Under the pieces are notes generated by a model. The model was given only the letters and a program-made list of their open reading frames with translations. It was not told the DNA's origin and did not search any database. From positions 1 to 48,040 of the IMG/VR virus record IMGVR_UViG_3300025267_000020: a DNA stretch of 48,040 nucleotides; one strand, 5' to 3'. Shown one piece after another: positions 35,828 through 46,139 of the stretch. Source of the stretch: a virus (lineage: Duplodnaviria > Caudoviricetes). The stretch's first letter is position 1. Every line of letters starts with the position of its first letter. The translations under genes were made by a program, and so were the position numbers.

Positions 35828-36032
35828 AACCAGCTTTCCACGACGCGCCACGCTTCCCAAAGTACGGATTCATCCATACCGGTTGCCCTTTGGCTTTCGC
35901 AATCTTGCCTTGCTCACGCGCCATCACAACGTTTTTCTGGTGCTGCACATTTCGATGCTTTTGATCCCCGCCCACGTTGATCAAATCATCATCGTACTGA
36001 CAATACGTATTCGCTGACGCCTTCACCCTCAT
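35814..36032 (-). CDS. hypothetical protein (RMF-like NPY...W.AGW motif)
   Basis: AREQG..A..KG....MNPY...SWKAGW. Confidence 0.55.
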   Translation of the reverse strand: MRVKASANTYCQYDDDLINVGGDQKHRNVQHQKNVVMAREQGKIAKAKGQPVWMNPYFGKRGASWKAGWNEG

Positions 36033-36283
36033 TCACTACCACCAGACCCAGGAAAACACCCAGCGCGATCCACCGGAGTATCAGCCGTATTCACACAAAG
36101 CTGCTGAATAATTTGCGTCAACGCTCGCATCTCTCTCGCGTGTTCTTCCTCGTGCAATTCTAGGCTCCCCATCATCCCAACAGACAGCACATACACCAAA
36201 TACATGGCAATCGCAGAAGGCACGCCCACCAGTGAAATAAACCTTGCCCACGGTGGCAAACTGCCATTCATCCCATTTGCCAT
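36029..36283 (-). CDS. holin-like single-pass membrane protein
   Basis: Hydrophobic FISLVGVPSAIAMYLVYVLSVG; at the end of the tail genes. Confidence 0.55.
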   Translation of the reverse strand: MANGMNGSLPPWARFISLVGVPSAIAMYLVYVLSVGMMGSLELHEEEHAREMRALTQIIQQLCVNTADTPVDRAGCFPGSGGSE

Positions 36284-36287
36284 AGCT

Positions 36288-36587
36288 CTACTCTACTACT
36301 GGCCCCGCCTGCATAGGTCTGTTTTCAGCTTCTTTGATATACGCTGCCCGCGCCTCATCATCCCACGCGGCATTTGCGATGCCTCTTATGTACTCGCCTT
36401 CATCCTCCAGCGGATTCGGAACCCACTCACCATCCCGCATCACACATGGCGTTTCAACTCGTCGATGGAATTTTTGGCTGATTACCTCGCCATCCTCCAA
36501 GACTTCAGTAAGCTCACGTATCTGCAAGGACCGTGCAGCTCCGATAAATTCAATCTTGTCCTCACTTATTCGCTTTTCAAGTGCCAT
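36288..36587 (-). CDS. tail-fibre-associated small protein
   Basis: MALEK....DKIE.....LQIR..T.VLEDGEVISQKFHR motif, typical downstream of LDDYEEG fibres. Confidence 0.7.
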   Translation of the reverse strand: MALEKRISEDKIEFIGAARSLQIRELTEVLEDGEVISQKFHRRVETPCVMRDGEWVPNPLEDEGEYIRGIANAAWDDEARAAYIKEAENRPMQAGPVVE

Positions 36588-36598
36588 ATGTGCCCTAC

Positions 36599-37498
36599 CT
36601 ATGAATTCGTATAATACGTAAAGCTCGCCCAAAGATATCGTCCATCCCCACTCGTGTCGGTGATGTTGTTTAACGACCATGCAACATCATCACCGATTGA
36701 ATAGACCCTGAAATGATCACTGTTGCAGTAGACAATCGAGTATGTGCAATTCGTTGAAATATTCATCAAGTTCATCATCGGTGCGCCGCCGACGTCCGCT
36801 AGATTGCATGTAAATGGCACCGTGATAGACAGATGCCCCGTCGCATTTGTCGGAACCGTGAAATCGTCGAATCGAAAATGCACAAAGACAAGACGGCCAA
36901 TTTTGCAGTAATTCCCCGTCGTTCCAGTGATCCGATAGGTGCTGTCTCCAGTGTTTCCTGTCGTGGCCCCATAGAGGTATGGGGTATAGGTGCCTTCTTC
37001 GTAGTCGTCGAGGTAATTCGAGCCAGCATCGAACGAGACACCCGATGTCCCGAGGCGTAGACGCTCAGATGTCCCGTCTGCATTAAATAGGCGAATGTTA
37101 TCAGGTGTCGAGGCGCGATAATCAGTCGCCCCGTTGTACCAGGTCCGCCTGATCCAGTCAGTTGTCGTGCCACCAGTTGGAGTCGGAATCTGAATCAATG
37201 ACTCGCTGCTGTCGTCAACAACCTGTATCTTCCACTCTTTGGTATTTGTCGTCTCTTTTAGTGACAGATATGGGTCCGCCCCTTCGATCCGCAGAGCCGC
37301 TGTTGAATCATACCCATACAGCCCACTACCAGGTGTCACTGCGGAGGTGCCGTTGCCCATGAGGATGGCATTATCCGTCAGATTCAGCCCACCCACAAAC
37401 GTATGGATCGCAGAAATATTTTCTTTAATTTCCTGATTCATATAGGAGGCAGTTACCAACTCACCAACAGCCCATGTCCTAGGTGTCTGATACGCCAC
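36599..37498 (-). CDS. tail fibre / receptor-binding protein
   Basis: MAYQTPRTWAVGELVTA anchor, YLDDYEEGTYTP, YCKIGRLVFV. Confidence 0.85.
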   Translation of the reverse strand: MAYQTPRTWAVGELVTASYMNQEIKENISAIHTFVGGLNLTDNAILMGNGTSAVTPGSGLYGYDSTAALRIEGADPYLSLKETTNTKEWKIQVVDDSSESLIQIPTPTGGTTTDWIRRTWYNGATDYRASTPDNIRLFNADGTSERLRLGTSGVSFDAGSNYLDDYEEGTYTPYLYGATTGNTGDSTYRITGTTGNYCKIGRLVFVHFRFDDFTVPTNATGHLSITVPFTCNLADVGGAPMMNLMNISTNCTYSIVYCNSDHFRVYSIGDDVAWSLNNITDTSGDGRYLWASFTYYTNS

Positions 37499-37637
37499 TT
37501 GCTTTCTCCTCCAGCTCTGTGACCTTTTCCAGCAAGGTCCGAATCAGTACGCCTTGACGGTGAATCGTGACTTGATTATCACCGATCATTTTCATCAAAT
37601 CGTCCACCGACACATCTGGCAATTGTGCTTGATCCAT
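37479..37637 (-). CDS. 52-aa coiled-coil protein
   Basis: Not in ORF track; AAGGAGG RBS; MDQAQLPDVSVDDLMKMIG...LLEKVTELEEK. Confidence 0.65.
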   Translation of the reverse strand: MDQAQLPDVSVDDLMKMIGDNQVTIHRQGVLIRTLLEKVTELEEKASGVSDT

Positions 37638-37655
37638 TCGTAATGCCTCCTTTGG

Positions 37656-39404
37656 TTACCATCCAAGAATAGTAGATTCTTCCAGCTCCGAAAACCCTTC
37701 AACCTCCAGTTTCCACATGTCCGCCGTAGTCCCTGGAGCCAAATAAAACCGGGCCTTGATCATCCCTCCATCGCTCAGGCTTAACCCGATCCGCTGGATC
37801 ACCATGTTCGATCCAGCCGCCCCAGTCGCCGTCTCCGTCACCGCGATCACGTCAGCCGGTTCCCGCTCTAGTGCCTGCGTAAGCAAATCCGCAGAATCAT
37901 TTCCGAGAAATTCCACCGACTCCAGCATAGCGACCGTGCGAGCGTTCCACCGCTCCTCGACCGTCAGCGCGTACGACTGCGCCACCGTCGCGGAATCCTG
38001 ATATTTCAAATTGATATCAAGCACACGATCCCCGTATGCCGTTGTGGACTGTGCTTCCATCGCCTGCTCAGAACGCTGATAGACGCCCTTTCCACGCACC
38101 TGCAACAATGGCGTAGCCCCAGCATTTAATCCCGCCACTTGAGCAAGATACAAATCCGTAGCTGATGAACTCACAAACGTAACTTTGGCCTGGGTTGCAT
38201 ACGCGACCGTAGTGGCTGCAATTGATCCCGTGCCTTCGGTCCCGGTCCCGTTCTTATTCGGAAACGCTCGGTAATCCGTGGTGGCTGCCACGCTCACCAC
38301 ATCTTTTCCACCAATCAACTCCAGCGTCTGATCGGCATTTCGGTACGTGAGCCACACCACGACCGTTTCACCGGCTGGAATTAATAGCGGATCGCCGTCC
38401 CACGCATAAATCACGACCGCACTAGCATCCACATGGCGAGGATTCAGCGTGACCCGAACGTGGTTCACCAGCTCTTCGATACTTGCATTCGTCGCCATTG
38501 CCAGCATCGAATTGTTAAACGTAAATACCGGATTTGCTGATGAGCGGTTCTGCCGATTTTTAAAAACAAACGTACTGTCACCACGGCAAAAGACAAACCC
38601 GAACGCCGCGGTTGCGGCATCCTTCACCATCGCTAACGCATTCCGCCCCCGCCCGATATCATCAAACGCATAGGGAAAAGTATCGATCCCGGCATCCATC
38701 ACGCGATACTCAGAACTGGTTTGCGTCGATGTGGGTAAATAATCCAGCACGGCAGAAATCAGTTCCGCCTCTGTCTTGTCCTCCTGCAACGCAATATCCC
38801 GCACGTTGACTTGCGACAGCGTGTACATGGCATCCATCGAGATCACATTAACGTACCGCGAGCCATACGCCCCCGGCTCAGGATCGGCTGAAAATAGCCA
38901 CCCGTTATGCCTACAGTACGCCTTGCGTACCAGGATCGTGCCTGTCGGCGTGGACCCTGGATCTGCGGATAACTTGTAGGTGATTTGTGTAGCTGTGATC
39001 GCCGTGATCCGGTGGTGCCCGTTATAGACCGCTTGCGCTGCGCCGGAAATCGTCACCCAGTCACCGACCGCATACGCATGACCTGAAATCGTGACCGTGA
39101 CATCCACGCCAGATCGACTGATCGCCGACGCTGACGCTGCGCTGTCTGTGGCCCGATGCAGGATCACCCGCACCCGCGCACCGAGATCCCACCCCGTGGC
39201 TACACTGGAATGATGGAAACTATACTCCCAGCCTCGCACCGTAAACGCACACTCACCAACCCCCGCGACGATATCCAGCGGCTGATCCCCGCTGATCCCA
39301 TACTCGATTTCGATCCCCTCACCTGACAGCACATCGCCGGAAATATCCGACCATGTATCAGTGGCAGATTCGTAAAGTACAGAAACCTCAGCCGCGACAC
39401 CCAT
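37656..39404 (-). CDS. minor tail / tail-tip hub protein
   Basis: 582 aa directly after tape measure; GFVFCRGDSTFVFKNR; inserted GHAYAVGDWVTISGA...YNG beta-domain. Confidence 0.75.
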   Translation of the reverse strand: MGVAAEVSVLYESATDTWSDISGDVLSGEGIEIEYGISGDQPLDIVAGVGECAFTVRGWEYSFHHSSVATGWDLGARVRVILHRATDSAASASAISRSGVDVTVTISGHAYAVGDWVTISGAAQAVYNGHHRITAITATQITYKLSADPGSTPTGTILVRKAYCRHNGWLFSADPEPGAYGSRYVNVISMDAMYTLSQVNVRDIALQEDKTEAELISAVLDYLPTSTQTSSEYRVMDAGIDTFPYAFDDIGRGRNALAMVKDAATAAFGFVFCRGDSTFVFKNRQNRSSANPVFTFNNSMLAMATNASIEELVNHVRVTLNPRHVDASAVVIYAWDGDPLLIPAGETVVVWLTYRNADQTLELIGGKDVVSVAATTDYRAFPNKNGTGTEGTGSIAATTVAYATQAKVTFVSSSATDLYLAQVAGLNAGATPLLQVRGKGVYQRSEQAMEAQSTTAYGDRVLDINLKYQDSATVAQSYALTVEERWNARTVAMLESVEFLGNDSADLLTQALEREPADVIAVTETATGAAGSNMVIQRIGLSLSDGGMIKARFYLAPGTTADMWKLEVEGFSELEESTILGW

Positions 39405-42400
39405 TAATTAAATGCGCCTTCCTCGCGGAATTTCTGCGTCAGTTGCTGTGCCATTTTTCTTGGGGCTTCACGACCTTGTGTGACTAACTGCCCGATCCGA
39501 TAACTGATCTCATCCAACTTTTTGGCCTCGGGAGACGCGCCACCCGCACCCGCCCCGCTCTGCCGGAACGATAGCCCCATTTGATGATCACTCCCAGGCC
39601 AATCTGGATCTCGTGTCGGATCATCCACGTTCCAATCAATCCGGATGGGCGGAACGGTCGGCACATCGACATTCACAGCGACATCCACAGAATCTGGAAT
39701 CTGATCGACCGCTGTGACCACATCCCCAATCGGCGTCAGGGTGTCAATAAAGGTCTGGATCAGATTCCGGATCTCACCCATCACATCAACCAATTGTTCC
39801 GACATCGGCTTGGCAAAATCGATCTCACTCAAATCCTCAATTTTCAATCCATTTTCATCCACTAACCTGCCCTGCTCAATCATGTGACCTATGATCGGTT
39901 TCATATCCGCAGGGATTTTTGTGCCAGCCCACCGCGCATCGCGCACCATCGCATGGATCGCTGGACCTTGAGCAAGGATCACATCCTCCATGCTCATCCC
40001 CGATGCGATGAGCAGATCGAAATCCGTTTTGATCTGGGCAGCGCGTTCAGAAATTCTCGCCTCCTGAAACGCTGGTCCCAAATCGCTCAACTGAATCCCG
40101 TACCGCTCCGCTGCCGCTTCCATCGCTTTGGTATCCAGCTTCGTCGCGCCAGCCATCAGCATAAATCGCGTCTTCTGCTCATCCGTAATCACGCCCAAAT
40201 GAATCAGCGTGTCGAGTAGTGGCCCAAGCCCCTCCACCGTGACATCATCAAGCCCCTCCTGGATCGTTGTCAGCACTCCCGGCAAATCCGTCCCCAGTGC
40301 CTGATTGACAAGATCCTCCCCAACCACCTCGATGATGCGATTCATGTTCAATCCGAATTCATCAGCCAACCGTATCAATTCAAAAAATGCCTCCTGACCC
40401 TCTAACCCCGCCTGATCAAATGTCAGCGCCAAATCCCCCAGGACTGGCAGCAATCCTCGCAACGCTTCATCCGCGTCCAGCTTGCCCTGCTCCATAGCAG
40501 CAAAGGTGTCCCGCGCCGCTCCTGCTACTTTTCCGAAGCCCACTGCCATGACACCACCAGCTTCATCAATCACAGTTTTCAACGACATCAGCAAGCCAGC
40601 GAAATCATCCCCAACTTTGATCGCCATTTCCTCAGCTGCTCGTGCGGCTGTATCTGTCAGCACGATCCCCCACATCCGCTCAGCCGTCAGCTTTAAATTT
40701 TGCCTCGTATCCCTCCCAAACAACCCAGCAACCAACTTTCCAACAGCAACCATCCCTTTGCCAACAATCTTCACACCCTCATTCACCAACGCCTGAATAC
40801 CGCCGGAAATAATATTTCCAATCCCTTCAACAATTCCAGTCCCAATGCCACTAAAAAATCCAGTCAAGCCTTGACCGCCAGTTAAACCCTCTACCAGACC
40901 CTTGGCAGCATTCTTCATCGAACCAAACACACCAACCGTTTCTTCGACCTCCAGCTTTGTCGCATTTGCTGCGATCTCAGCCTCTTCAAACGCATACGCC
41001 ACATTACGCAATTCCGGCGTTAACTGACCGCCTTTGCGTTTCAGCTCAGACGCTTTCCGCCCTAATTCCTGAAACTGGTATTCACTCAGCTCACCCTTTT
41101 CCGTAGCTAACTCAAACCCAGCCGCTAATGCTTCAACCTCAAACCGCAAATTCTCACCAGACAATTCCTTAGCCAAAGAGATTGCCTTTTGCTCCAAATC
41201 CGTTAACTCAACCTCGATTTTTTTGGTTTCCTTTTGTGCCTCTTGATGAGCCTCCACCAGCCCACGCAAATCATCATCCAGAGGCATGATCCCTTGCTCG
41301 GCAAGACTCACCGCAGCCCGTTCCGCACGTTCCATCACATGCCGATTTTCTCGCTGCTCAGGAGTCAAATCCTTCCACGCCGATTCAAGCAACTCCAGAT
41401 CACGCAACAAGCCATCACCAGCCAATTCAGCACGTAACGACTCAGTATCATCTTTAAGCTTCTTTGCTGCTTCTGCCTGGACTTCTATTTGTTCTGCCGC
41501 TATCCTTGCCGCTTCTGCCGCTTTCCTTGCCGCTTCTTCCTGCTTCAAAACCGCAGCTGCTGCCCCCGCCGCTTCTGACTCCTCACGCTCAAACCAACGG
41601 ACCACATTCTCAAGCTCAGGAGTTAACGTTTTATTTGCTTCTCTCAATTCAATTGCACGCTGAGCAATCGTAACCATCTCATCTCGGCTCAATCCTCCAA
41701 CAACCCCACCAAGGTTCGCCATTGCCACATGCAAATCCTTCACAGACCCTTGAACCCCAGCCCCCCCTAACGCCTCACGTAACGTTTCCGCTGTCGGTGT
41801 GATATCCCCAAGATTTTCTTTTAACGCCAACGCAGCCCGTTCAGCTTCCGCCTGCTCATCCGTCAAAAATCCCAACGTATTTTTGAGACTGATCCACGCT
41901 CGTTCCAACAACTGCGTTTCCTGAACCCACTTGAACAGCTTCACCCCAGCGATCACCAGCCCCAACGCGACGATCCCACCAGTAAGCACAGCAGCCGCCG
42001 TCGCCAACCCGCCCAACGTCACACCCAACGCAACAACCGCCGATCCCCATATTGCCAACTGACCCACAACCATCAACACCGCACCTGACATCGCTGCGAT
42101 TGCCGACACCACAAGAATCGTTTTCTTTGCTGCCGGACTCAACTCCTTAAACCACGACACAATAGCTGACACCGCCGGAACAACTTTTTCCTGCACAATC
42201 ACCAACAACGCACCAAACGCTGGAACCAACTCATCGCCTAATCGCTGAGCAGTCACCACAAATGATTGTCTGAGTTTTGCGAAATCCGCACCGGCTTTGT
42301 TTATGCCTTGCTCTTGCTCATTGAGAGCCTCAGTCAATGTCCCGGTTGCGCCTTCCATCTGACCAAGATTTGACGTGAATTTTTCAGCCTGCACACCAGC

Positions 42401-43300
42401 CAAACCAGCGATCAAATCCCAGGATTCCGTACTGCCAAACAACTTGGTCATCTCGCTTTCGGACCCACCAACCGCGCCAGTTAACGCCGTCAATGTCCCG
42501 TGAAAACCAAGAGTCTCAATCGCAGCCTCACCGCTGGCAAAACCGATCTTGTCCAATGCCACCCACATCTCTTCAGATGGTTTCTTTAATCCAGTCAAGG
42601 CACCTTTGAATTGCGTTGCCACTTCCGACGCACTACCAGTTACCCCCGTCATTGTGGCAAACACCGCATTTAATTCTTCTTGCGTAATCTGCAACCCTGA
42701 CGCGGAAATTGCCACCTTGCCAATAGCACTCGCTAATTCAGGAAACGACGTTTGCCCAAGCTTGACCGTCGTAAACGCAAGATCAGCAGCACGTTCAACG
42801 CCTTCTTTCGTTGTTTCTCCGTATGCCTTTGTGACCGCACTTGTCAACGCGATTGCATCTGCCGTTGTTGCCATACCAGCACCAGCAGCCTTGACATTCA
42901 ACTCAAGAATCTTTGCCGTATCCGCACTATCACCAAACGCCGACACGACCTGATACAAACCATCCGAAATATCACCAGTGCTTTTCCCCGTCGCTAACGC
43001 TAAATCCTGAACGCTCGTTTTTAATTCCTTGACACGCTCAACGTTTCCCGGAATCAATGTAGCAACGTTCGCCATTGCCTTATTGATATCCCCGGAAAAC
43101 TTCAACGCCGCAGTTGCCGCACCCAACAACGGCAAACCGATCCCAGCGGAAATTTTCATTCCCGTTGATCTGATCGAATTCCCGCTTAACGCAATTTTTT
43201 TCGTGGCCTTTTCCGCATTAGAGACAGCGGCTCGCATTTGCTTGCTGAAACTATCGCGCAAGGCAAACACCGCATAGATACTCCCAACATTCACAGCCAC
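39404..43300 (-). CDS. tape measure protein, allele B (TP901-type)
   Basis: 1298 aa, Ala-rich helical, central hydrophobic segment. Confidence 0.95.
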   Translation of the reverse strand: MAVNVGSIYAVFALRDSFSKQMRAAVSNAEKATKKIALSGNSIRSTGMKISAGIGLPLLGAATAALKFSGDINKAMANVATLIPGNVERVKELKTSVQDLALATGKSTGDISDGLYQVVSAFGDSADTAKILELNVKAAGAGMATTADAIALTSAVTKAYGETTKEGVERAADLAFTTVKLGQTSFPELASAIGKVAISASGLQITQEELNAVFATMTGVTGSASEVATQFKGALTGLKKPSEEMWVALDKIGFASGEAAIETLGFHGTLTALTGAVGGSESEMTKLFGSTESWDLIAGLAGVQAEKFTSNLGQMEGATGTLTEALNEQEQGINKAGADFAKLRQSFVVTAQRLGDELVPAFGALLVIVQEKVVPAVSAIVSWFKELSPAAKKTILVVSAIAAMSGAVLMVVGQLAIWGSAVVALGVTLGGLATAAAVLTGGIVALGLVIAGVKLFKWVQETQLLERAWISLKNTLGFLTDEQAEAERAALALKENLGDITPTAETLREALGGAGVQGSVKDLHVAMANLGGVVGGLSRDEMVTIAQRAIELREANKTLTPELENVVRWFEREESEAAGAAAAVLKQEEAARKAAEAARIAAEQIEVQAEAAKKLKDDTESLRAELAGDGLLRDLELLESAWKDLTPEQRENRHVMERAERAAVSLAEQGIMPLDDDLRGLVEAHQEAQKETKKIEVELTDLEQKAISLAKELSGENLRFEVEALAAGFELATEKGELSEYQFQELGRKASELKRKGGQLTPELRNVAYAFEEAEIAANATKLEVEETVGVFGSMKNAAKGLVEGLTGGQGLTGFFSGIGTGIVEGIGNIISGGIQALVNEGVKIVGKGMVAVGKLVAGLFGRDTRQNLKLTAERMWGIVLTDTAARAAEEMAIKVGDDFAGLLMSLKTVIDEAGGVMAVGFGKVAGAARDTFAAMEQGKLDADEALRGLLPVLGDLALTFDQAGLEGQEAFFELIRLADEFGLNMNRIIEVVGEDLVNQALGTDLPGVLTTIQEGLDDVTVEGLGPLLDTLIHLGVITDEQKTRFMLMAGATKLDTKAMEAAAERYGIQLSDLGPAFQEARISERAAQIKTDFDLLIASGMSMEDVILAQGPAIHAMVRDARWAGTKIPADMKPIIGHMIEQGRLVDENGLKIEDLSEIDFAKPMSEQLVDVMGEIRNLIQTFIDTLTPIGDVVTAVDQIPDSVDVAVNVDVPTVPPIRIDWNVDDPTRDPDWPGSDHQMGLSFRQSGAGAGGASPEAKKLDEISYRIGQLVTQGREAPRKMAQQLTQKFREEGAFN

Positions 43301-43302
43301 GA

Positions 43303-43593
43303 TTATTCCCCTTTGACTATCGCAACTTCGTTCCTGATCACATCCTCGATCATCGGAACATCGTCCAACTTCTCACCCTTGCTCATATTGTCAAATCGAT
43401 GCTTTGCCGCTGCATATACACGCATTCGCAAAATCTCAAAAATAATCCGCCTATAATCACGCTCTAACTCTGCAATTGCCACACTCGGCGTACAATGGAA
43501 TTCCTCGCACACGCGAGAAATAATCCACGCCGATGGAACCTTGGCCCCAGGTACACCGTTAAGCGTTTCATGCAGAGCCTTCAACCGTTTTTT
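43303..43593 (-). CDS. tail chaperone -1 frameshift extension, allele B
   Basis: A-AAA-AAC at 43587-43593; close homologue of 1306..1596. Confidence 0.75.
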   Translation of the reverse strand, partial: KKRLKALHETLNGVPGAKVPSAWIISRVCEEFHCTPSVAIAELERDYRRIIFEILRMRVYAAAKHRFDNMSKGEKLDDVPMIEDVIRNEVAIVKGE

Positions 43594-43976
43594 GCTGTTT
43601 CCTCATCCTCAACTGGGTTGCGTTTACAAATCTCAATCGCCATCCATCGCGCCGTTTTCATATCCAAATCACGAATTCTTTCAAGCGTAGGTTTCCCATC
43701 ATAACTCCATCCAACCAACGCCTTATTAATCAACGTTTCCCAATCATACGAATCAACCGGATCACGCTCTTGATCATCATCATCAACCTGTCTTTTCGAT
43801 GATCTCATGATAGCCTCAAACACATCGCCACCCATGTCACGCACATCCGCCACGCCTTTTCTTTGCTTGACCTTTCCAGCCTCCTCAATCGCAGTAAACG
43901 ACAATTGACGCAGATCAACCCACTGCCCCTCTTCATGCGGAATATCCACACGCTCAACGATCTTACTCACAAGCAT
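43581..43976 (-). CDS. tail assembly chaperone, allele B
   Basis: Homologue of 1584..1982. Confidence 0.8.
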   Translation of the reverse strand: MLVSKIVERVDIPHEEGQWVDLRQLSFTAIEEAGKVKQRKGVADVRDMGGDVFEAIMRSSKRQVDDDDQERDPVDSYDWETLINKALVGWSYDGKPTLERIRDLDMKTARWMAIEICKRNPVEDEETAKNG

Positions 43977-43993
43977 TCAATAAAACCTTTCCC

Positions 43994-44455
43994 TTAATTT
44001 GCAAAACCAGAAACAACCTTTTTAAACTTATACAACACGCCGGCAAATTTTCTCGCCGCTTCTTTTTTCATTTCATCAGAATCCTCATCCATAACAGACG
44101 TTATAAACTTAGCCTGACCACGCTTGTCGTAAACCACTTTTTTTCCACGTCGATAATATACACCCTTGCCCGTATGCGATAACGACATATCCTCATGAAT
44201 TCTCAACGCATACGCTTTCGCCGAACCACCAGCAACCCAACGCACCTCTGGACCCTTTGCACGCATCTTCGGTTCTTGTGCATGGACACTTGCACGCAAA
44301 CGATTACGCATGACCGGCGTGCGATCTTTCATTTTCGTTGCGCGTGGTTCTGCAATCTCACGCATAATCCGCACACCTTCACGATCAACGAGTAGGGATA
44401 TTTTTGTTAATGTTCTAAATAAATCATCACCATCAATATCAAACTCGTCATCCAT
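43994..44455 (-). CDS. HK97 gp10-like protein, allele B
   Basis: RTPVM...LR...YALRIHED...GQAKFI. Confidence 0.65.
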   Translation of the reverse strand: MDDEFDIDGDDLFRTLTKISLLVDREGVRIMREIAEPRATKMKDRTPVMRNRLRASVHAQEPKMRAKGPEVRWVAGGSAKAYALRIHEDMSLSHTGKGVYYRRGKKVVYDKRGQAKFITSVMDEDSDEMKKEAARKFAGVLYKFKKVVSGFAN

Positions 44456-44469
44456 AGATCACCCAATAG

Positions 44470-44510
44470 CACAAACGGCAGATCGACAGCAACGCCATCG
44501 ACCTGCCGCT
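44470..44510 (-). terminator. hairpin downstream of pqqA-like gene, allele B
   Basis: GCGGCAGGTCGATGGC-GTT-GCTGTCGATCTGCCGT, 16-bp stem. Confidence 0.7.
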
Positions 44511-44533
44511 TACACTTCCCCCCCTTGACAAAC

Positions 44534-44605
44534 TTATGCTTGCGTTACGTACAACGACACTTCCATATTCAACGCAACCGGCTTCGCTGTAGGTTTAGTC
44601 CACAT
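44534..44605 (-). CDS. pqqA: PqqA-like precursor peptide (23 aa), allele B
   Basis: MWTKPTAKPVALNMEVSLYVTQA; TAAGGAG RBS; 20/23 identical to allele A. Confidence 0.8.
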   Translation of the reverse strand: MWTKPTAKPVALNMEVSLYVTQA

Positions 44606-44617
44606 AAAACTCACTCC

Positions 44618-45034
44618 TTATGCTTCAGTTGCCGCGCCACTTGGACGGAATGTTGCCCGAACCAAATGCAAGGAATCCCGATCCAATACCCGCTCGTAAT
44701 CCACGATCCAGCCCTCAACCGTGGTCGTTTTCGATCCACCATACGTCACCACCAACGTTTTTTGTTGGTCTGCTGGACCGTTCGCCACATCACCCAATAC
44801 CGCGTCTGTCGTATTGCTCGTGTCGTCGTACCACGCTTCAATCGAAATGTCATCCATCGACCGAACGCCCGTACTCAATGACTCTTTCCACGAATCACCA
44901 AACCCAGTTGAATCCACCATGCCAGCATTGATCTTAATCCCGCCAAAACTGGTAATGTACTGCGACAAATTTCGAGCTGTTCCGCCGCTGTCATCCACCG
45001 TAATCGCTACTGAACTTGGACCGTATTTAGCCAA
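44618..45034 (-). CDS. major tail tube protein, allele B
   Basis: 136/138 identical to 2604..3020. Confidence 0.75.
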   Translation of the reverse strand: MAKYGPSSVAITVDDSGGTARNLSQYITSFGGIKINAGMVDSTGFGDSWKESLSTGVRSMDDISIEAWYDDTSNTTDAVLGDVANGPADQQKTLVVTYGGSKTTTVEGWIVDYERVLDRDSLHLVRATFRPSGAATEA

Positions 45035-45049
45035 TATAATTCTCCTTAC

Positions 45050-45769
45050 TTAACCACGATAAAAGCCCAGCATGAACGTGAATGATGGACTAGACCCACC
45101 TATAGTGAAACTTGCACGCACGTACCGATTCACCGTCCCTGTTGCCGTTTTTCTTTCTGCCCCTAACGCAGTCGCTTGCGTCATCGAAATCAAATCCGCC
45201 CAGCTTGAATTGTCCGCAGAATGCTGCACCTTGGCATCCAATGTCGGACTGGACCCACTTGCCGCCGTGATCTGCAAATACGCCGATCCCCCATCAGAAG
45301 AGGAAGCAGTTTGATCCTGGGATGCCGAATTTCCCGTGGCGGTTTCTGCCCCTAGCGCATGCAAAATAGTGCCATCCTCGACCGCGCCAGAAATCGTATA
45401 ACTGCAATTCAACTTGTGCAATCCGTCTTGCTGAATCAATCGATCAACCTGCCCACCAAACGCACCTTCAAATCCTGTGAAATCTGTACCAATCGTACCG
45501 CCAGCAGGAGCCACAGACACGATCTGTGATGTCGCTTCATTCCCCACCAACGCCGTAACTACAGAATTCGTCGCGTCATCAAACCAACCCGATTGCGTGA
45601 GCGTAGCAGACCGCACCCCCACTGGCGTGGCTTCCGCCCACGCATCCCCCAGCGATCCCGTGGATTCTGTGGTCGTCTGCACCTTGTACGTCAGCGTTGA
45701 GATCACCCCAGCCAGCGACCGCCCGCCGACCAATACAAACCCAACGCTACTCGCTCCATATTTCGCCAT
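45050..45769 (-). CDS. tail-tube-like paralogue, allele B
   Basis: Near-identical protein to 3036..3755. Confidence 0.65.
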   Translation of the reverse strand: MAKYGASSVGFVLVGGRSLAGVISTLTYKVQTTTESTGSLGDAWAEATPVGVRSATLTQSGWFDDATNSVVTALVGNEATSQIVSVAPAGGTIGTDFTGFEGAFGGQVDRLIQQDGLHKLNCSYTISGAVEDGTILHALGAETATGNSASQDQTASSSDGGSAYLQITAASGSSPTLDAKVQHSADNSSWADLISMTQATALGAERKTATGTVNRYVRASFTIGGSSPSFTFMLGFYRG

Positions 45770-45792
45770 CAGTCAATCCCCCTCACCGATAG

Positions 45793-46020
45793 CTAATCAG
45801 CATCCGCAACTGAAGACTCTGCGATATAGCCATCTTTCAAAAGCCATTTCTGTGCGGATTTCGGTAGACCCTCACATAGCCCACCAGCCTCAACCCGAAT
45901 TTCCTTCAGTGCCTCACGCTCTTCATCCGCCAGCTTCGACACGCCGCCAGCCTTCTTGATCGCCGCCAATCCATCGGCATCAGGAAAATTCAACCCCACC
46001 ACGGCTCGATATACCTTCAT
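45793..46020 (-). CDS. small virion-region protein, allele B
   Basis: Homologue of 3780..4013. Confidence 0.7.
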   Translation of the reverse strand: MKVYRAVVGLNFPDADGLAAIKKAGGVSKLADEEREALKEIRVEAGGLCEGLPKSAQKWLLKDGYIAESSVADAD

Positions 46021-46139
46021 GACTTCTCCGCCCTTTCAAAGCCACAAACTTTGCACATCAAAATAATCTTCCCACCAAAGCCCTCATGCGTGTGCTGTTT
46101 TTCATGGCTTGCGCCACACTGCGAACAATTGCCCTTCAT
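46017..46139 (-). CDS. 40-aa zinc-ribbon microprotein, allele B
   Basis: MKGNCSQCGASHEKQHTHEGFGGKIILMCKVCGFERAEKS. Confidence 0.75.
   Translation of the reverse strand: MKGNCSQCGASHEKQHTHEGFGGKIILMCKVCGFERAEKS

Noticed and set aside
36599-37498. Diversity-generating retroelement or invertible fibre switch
   Set aside because: No reverse transcriptase or invertase, and no template/variable repeat pair or flanking inverted repeats seen.
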